Positions 21,836 to 24,000 of a stretch of DNA of 24,000 nucleotides are shown here, one piece after another. Source of the stretch: Lachnospiraceae bacterium (lineage in GTDB: Bacteria; Bacillota; Clostridia; Lachnospirales; Lachnospiraceae). A program made the translations under genes and the position numbers. How positions within the stretch are numbered: position 1 is the first letter of the stretch; each line of letters opens with the position of its first letter. Under the pieces are notes generated by a model, which was given only the letters and a program-made list of their open reading frames with translations, searched no databases and had not been told where the DNA came from. Location of the stretch: contig JAQVCW010000009.1 of assembly GCA_028689585.1 (NCBI GenBank), positions 14,314 through 38,313 of the forward strand. The letters run 5' to 3'.

Positions 21836-24000
21836 ATGAAATCGTACCATTCATTTTCCGTTATTTTGATTCTGTTCATCCTGTTATCCGTTGGAGTTCA
21901 AGCTCCAATGTCTGCTTTGGCCCAGGAGGAGAATCAAGGATCAGTCATCCGGGTCGGATGTGTGGATATTGATAATTTTCTGAAGCTTTCCAATGGAACT
22001 GCCACAGGCTATGGCGCTGATTATCTTCAGAAAATCAGCAGCTATACAGGCTGGTCTTATGATTATGTCTCAGGTACCTGGAGTCAGTGCCTGCAATGGC
22101 TGCGTGAGGGGAAAATCGATCTGCTCCTTCCTGCGGAATACAGTGAAGAGCGCTCAGAAGATTTCCTGTTCAGTACATTGGAGTGCAGTATTGATTATGT
22201 TGCCCTGATGACAAATAATGACAACACAACCCTGTATTATGAGGACTATTCCAACTATGGTGATATGGTTGTGGGCATGATAAAGGACAACTACCTGAAT
22301 GACTGCTTTACTGAATATGCGGAAAAAAGCAATTTTTCCTTTCAGACACGCTATTTTGAGACAGGGGCGGATCTGATGGCCGCGCTAAAAGACCGTTTAG
22401 TTGACGCAATTGTCACCGGCAATCTGGAAATAGGCAATGACACAAAAATTCTGGCAAAATTTGACTATATGCCGGCTTATTTTATCACGTCCAAATCCAA
22501 TCCCGGCCTGATGGAGCAGTTGAATGATGCGCTCTATCGTATTAATCTGGAAAATCCCTATTTTACTGCGCAGCTTTATGAACAGTATTATGCGCCTTAT
22601 TCTTCTCAGGCGAAGGTGTTTACCAGGGAGGAGGCTGACTGTATCGCTCAGATCCAGTCTCTGCGTGTGGTGTGTGACAATGACAATTTTCCTTTTGAGT
22701 GGTTTGACGAAACAACGGACTCTTATCGGGGAATCGATGTTGATATTCTAAACCGGATTGCTAAAAACAGCGGTCTGAAGCTGGAATTTATCCATACAAA
22801 TTCACTGAGGGAATCCTGGCAGACCATCCGTGATGGAAATGCGGACATTCTTGCAGGTGTCTACCTGAATGAAGCATTGTCCCGGGAGTATCATGTGGAT
22901 GGGACGCTCAGCTATATGGATGAGATTGGCAATGCAATAGGAAAACGGGGGAGTTCGCTGTCAGTTACCGATATTCACACCGTGGCCATCCGGGATGCTT
23001 CTATTGGTACAGCGGAGTATCTGCGGATCCATTATCCGGACTGTCAGATAGTCACTTGTGATGATACAGCCGCCTGTCTGAATGCGGTGGAACGGGGAGA
23101 GGCGGACATTACCTTTGTGGGGACTTATACGCTTCAGACAAAACCGGTCCTGGAGGACTATCCGGATCTGGCTATTTTATCCGGTATTACCCTGACAGTG
23201 CCCATGGGACTGGGAGTCTCAAAGAATGCTCCGGCTCATCTGCTGCCTGTGCTGAATAAGTCCATTCTGGCAATTGCGCAGTCAGAGATACAGCAGATTA
23301 TCATGAATAACACACTTGCACGGACAACAGAATTTTCACTGAAAAATATGCTGAAGGAACATCCGGCAACGATCCTTGTATCTGCGATTCTCTGTGTACT
23401 CATCTGTTTTTTCATTCTGTTTCTTGTCAGCCGGTCCAGAATGCAGAAAAAGTATACGGTTTCACTGCAGGATAAAAATGAACAGCTTGTTCGTGCGAAT
23501 CATGTTACAAGCACTTTTTTCTCACAGTTAAGCCATGATATGAGGACGCCGATGAATGCGGTGCTCAGCTTCTCCCGTTTTGGACTGGAAAGCAGCAGCC
23601 TGAGTGAAGCGAGGGAATGCCTTGACAGAATCCAGACTTCCGGGCAGTATCTTTTGAATCTGATCAATGATACTCTGGAAATCAGCAAGCTGGATACCGG
23701 AAAACTGATCCTGCAGCCGGAACCCTATGAAATGTCCGATTTCAAAGCCGCTCTGCAGAATATCCTGCAGGTTAAGGCAGATGAAAAAGGGGTAACTCTT
23801 GAAATTACATTGACAAATGCAGAACATCATACGGCACTCTTTGATAAACTGCATCTTCAGCAGATTTTTGTGAATCTGCTGAATAATGCGATCAAATTCA
23901 CTCCGGCAGGGGGACACATCCGCCTGCTGATTGACAATCCTCCATCGGATGATCAACATGCCCTGATCCGCTTTCTTGTTTCTGATACCGGTATCGGTAT
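21836..24000 (+). CDS. sensor histidine kinase with two extracytoplasmic SBP_bac_3-like (Venus-flytrap) domains; 3' end outside the window
   Basis: Absent from the ORF track because it is open at the window end. My own translation from ATG 21836 shows no stop through 24000. Order: signal/TM segment (ILILFILLSVGVQA), two amino-acid-binding-protein-like modules, a TM segment (ILVSAILCVLICFFILFLV), the H-box FFSQLSHDMRTPMNAV (His codon 23534-23536), then the start of HATPase_c (QIFVNLLNNAIKFTP...DTGIG). Confidence 0.85.
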   Translation, partial: MKSYHSFSVILILFILLSVGVQAPMSALAQEENQGSVIRVGCVDIDNFLKLSNGTATGYGADYLQKISSYTGWSYDYVSGTWSQCLQWLREGKIDLLLPAEYSEERSEDFLFSTLECSIDYVALMTNNDNTTLYYEDYSNYGDMVVGMIKDNYLNDCFTEYAEKSNFSFQTRYFETGADLMAALKDRLVDAIVTGNLEIGNDTKILAKFDYMPAYFITSKSNPGLMEQLNDALYRINLENPYFTAQLYEQYYAPYSSQAKVFTREEADCIAQIQSLRVVCDNDNFPFEWFDETTDSYRGIDVDILNRIAKNSGLKLEFIHTNSLRESWQTIRDGNADILAGVYLNEALSREYHVDGTLSYMDEIGNAIGKRGSSLSVTDIHTVAIRDASIGTAEYLRIHYPDCQIVTCDDTAACLNAVERGEADITFVGTYTLQTKPVLEDYPDLAILSGITLTVPMGLGVSKNAPAHLLPVLNKSILAIAQSEIQQIIMNNTLARTTEFSLKNMLKEHPATILVSAILCVLICFFILFLVSRSRMQKKYTVSLQDKNEQLVRANHVTSTFFSQLSHDMRTPMNAVLSFSRFGLESSSLSEARECLDRIQTSGQYLLNLINDTLEISKLDTGKLILQPEPYEMSDFKAALQNILQVKADEKGVTLEITLTNAEHHTALFDKLHLQQIFVNLLNNAIKFTPAGGHIRLLIDNPPSDDQHALIRFLVSDTGIG

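Overview
The window looks like chromosomal DNA from an anaerobic Firmicute (Clostridia or Lachnospiraceae-like gene content; inference only). I found no rRNA, tRNA, CRISPR array, transposase or integrase.

Gene order, left to right:
- (-) The 5' 360 codons of a Lon-type AAA+ ATPase. Its leader is built from 56-bp tandem hairpin repeats.
- (+) hydC-hydB-hydA, a trimeric NuoE/NuoF-coupled [FeFe]-hydrogenase of the electron-bifurcating type.
- An orphan promoter, a structured ~90-nt leader and an intrinsic terminator, followed by an AI-2E/PerM-family transporter.
- (+) A visibly AT-richer ~7 kb six-gene cassette. It holds a ROK-family regulator, a BadF/NAGK-type kinase, a CUT2-type ABC importer (binding protein, permease, double ATPase) and a YhfX-type fold-III PLP enzyme wedged between permease and ATPase.
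- (-) purO plus an AICAR-transformylase-only purH, under a clear ZTP (pfl-motif) riboswitch.
- (+) A divergent DUF1846/UPF0371 gene with a purine-rich 13-nt repeat leader.
- A ~300-bp near-perfect palindromic element flanked by an 8-bp direct repeat (MITE-like).
- A Cd/Zn-type metal locus: a small HMA protein, a P1B-2 ATPase and an ArsR/SmtB repressor, with a 12-2-12-like operator at the promoter. Two tandem arrays interrupt it, one of 14-bp units and one of ~125-bp units whose stems co-vary.
- (+) The 5' part of a sensor histidine kinase with two SBP_bac_3-like extracytoplasmic domains.

Best candidates for something undescribed:
- The ROK / kinase / ABC / YhfX cassette, for which I know no pathway.
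- The three structured repeat elements: the 56-bp array, the 125-bp array and the palindromic element.
- The promoter-to-terminator leader at 5669-5829.

All family calls come from motif recognition by eye. No searches were run.
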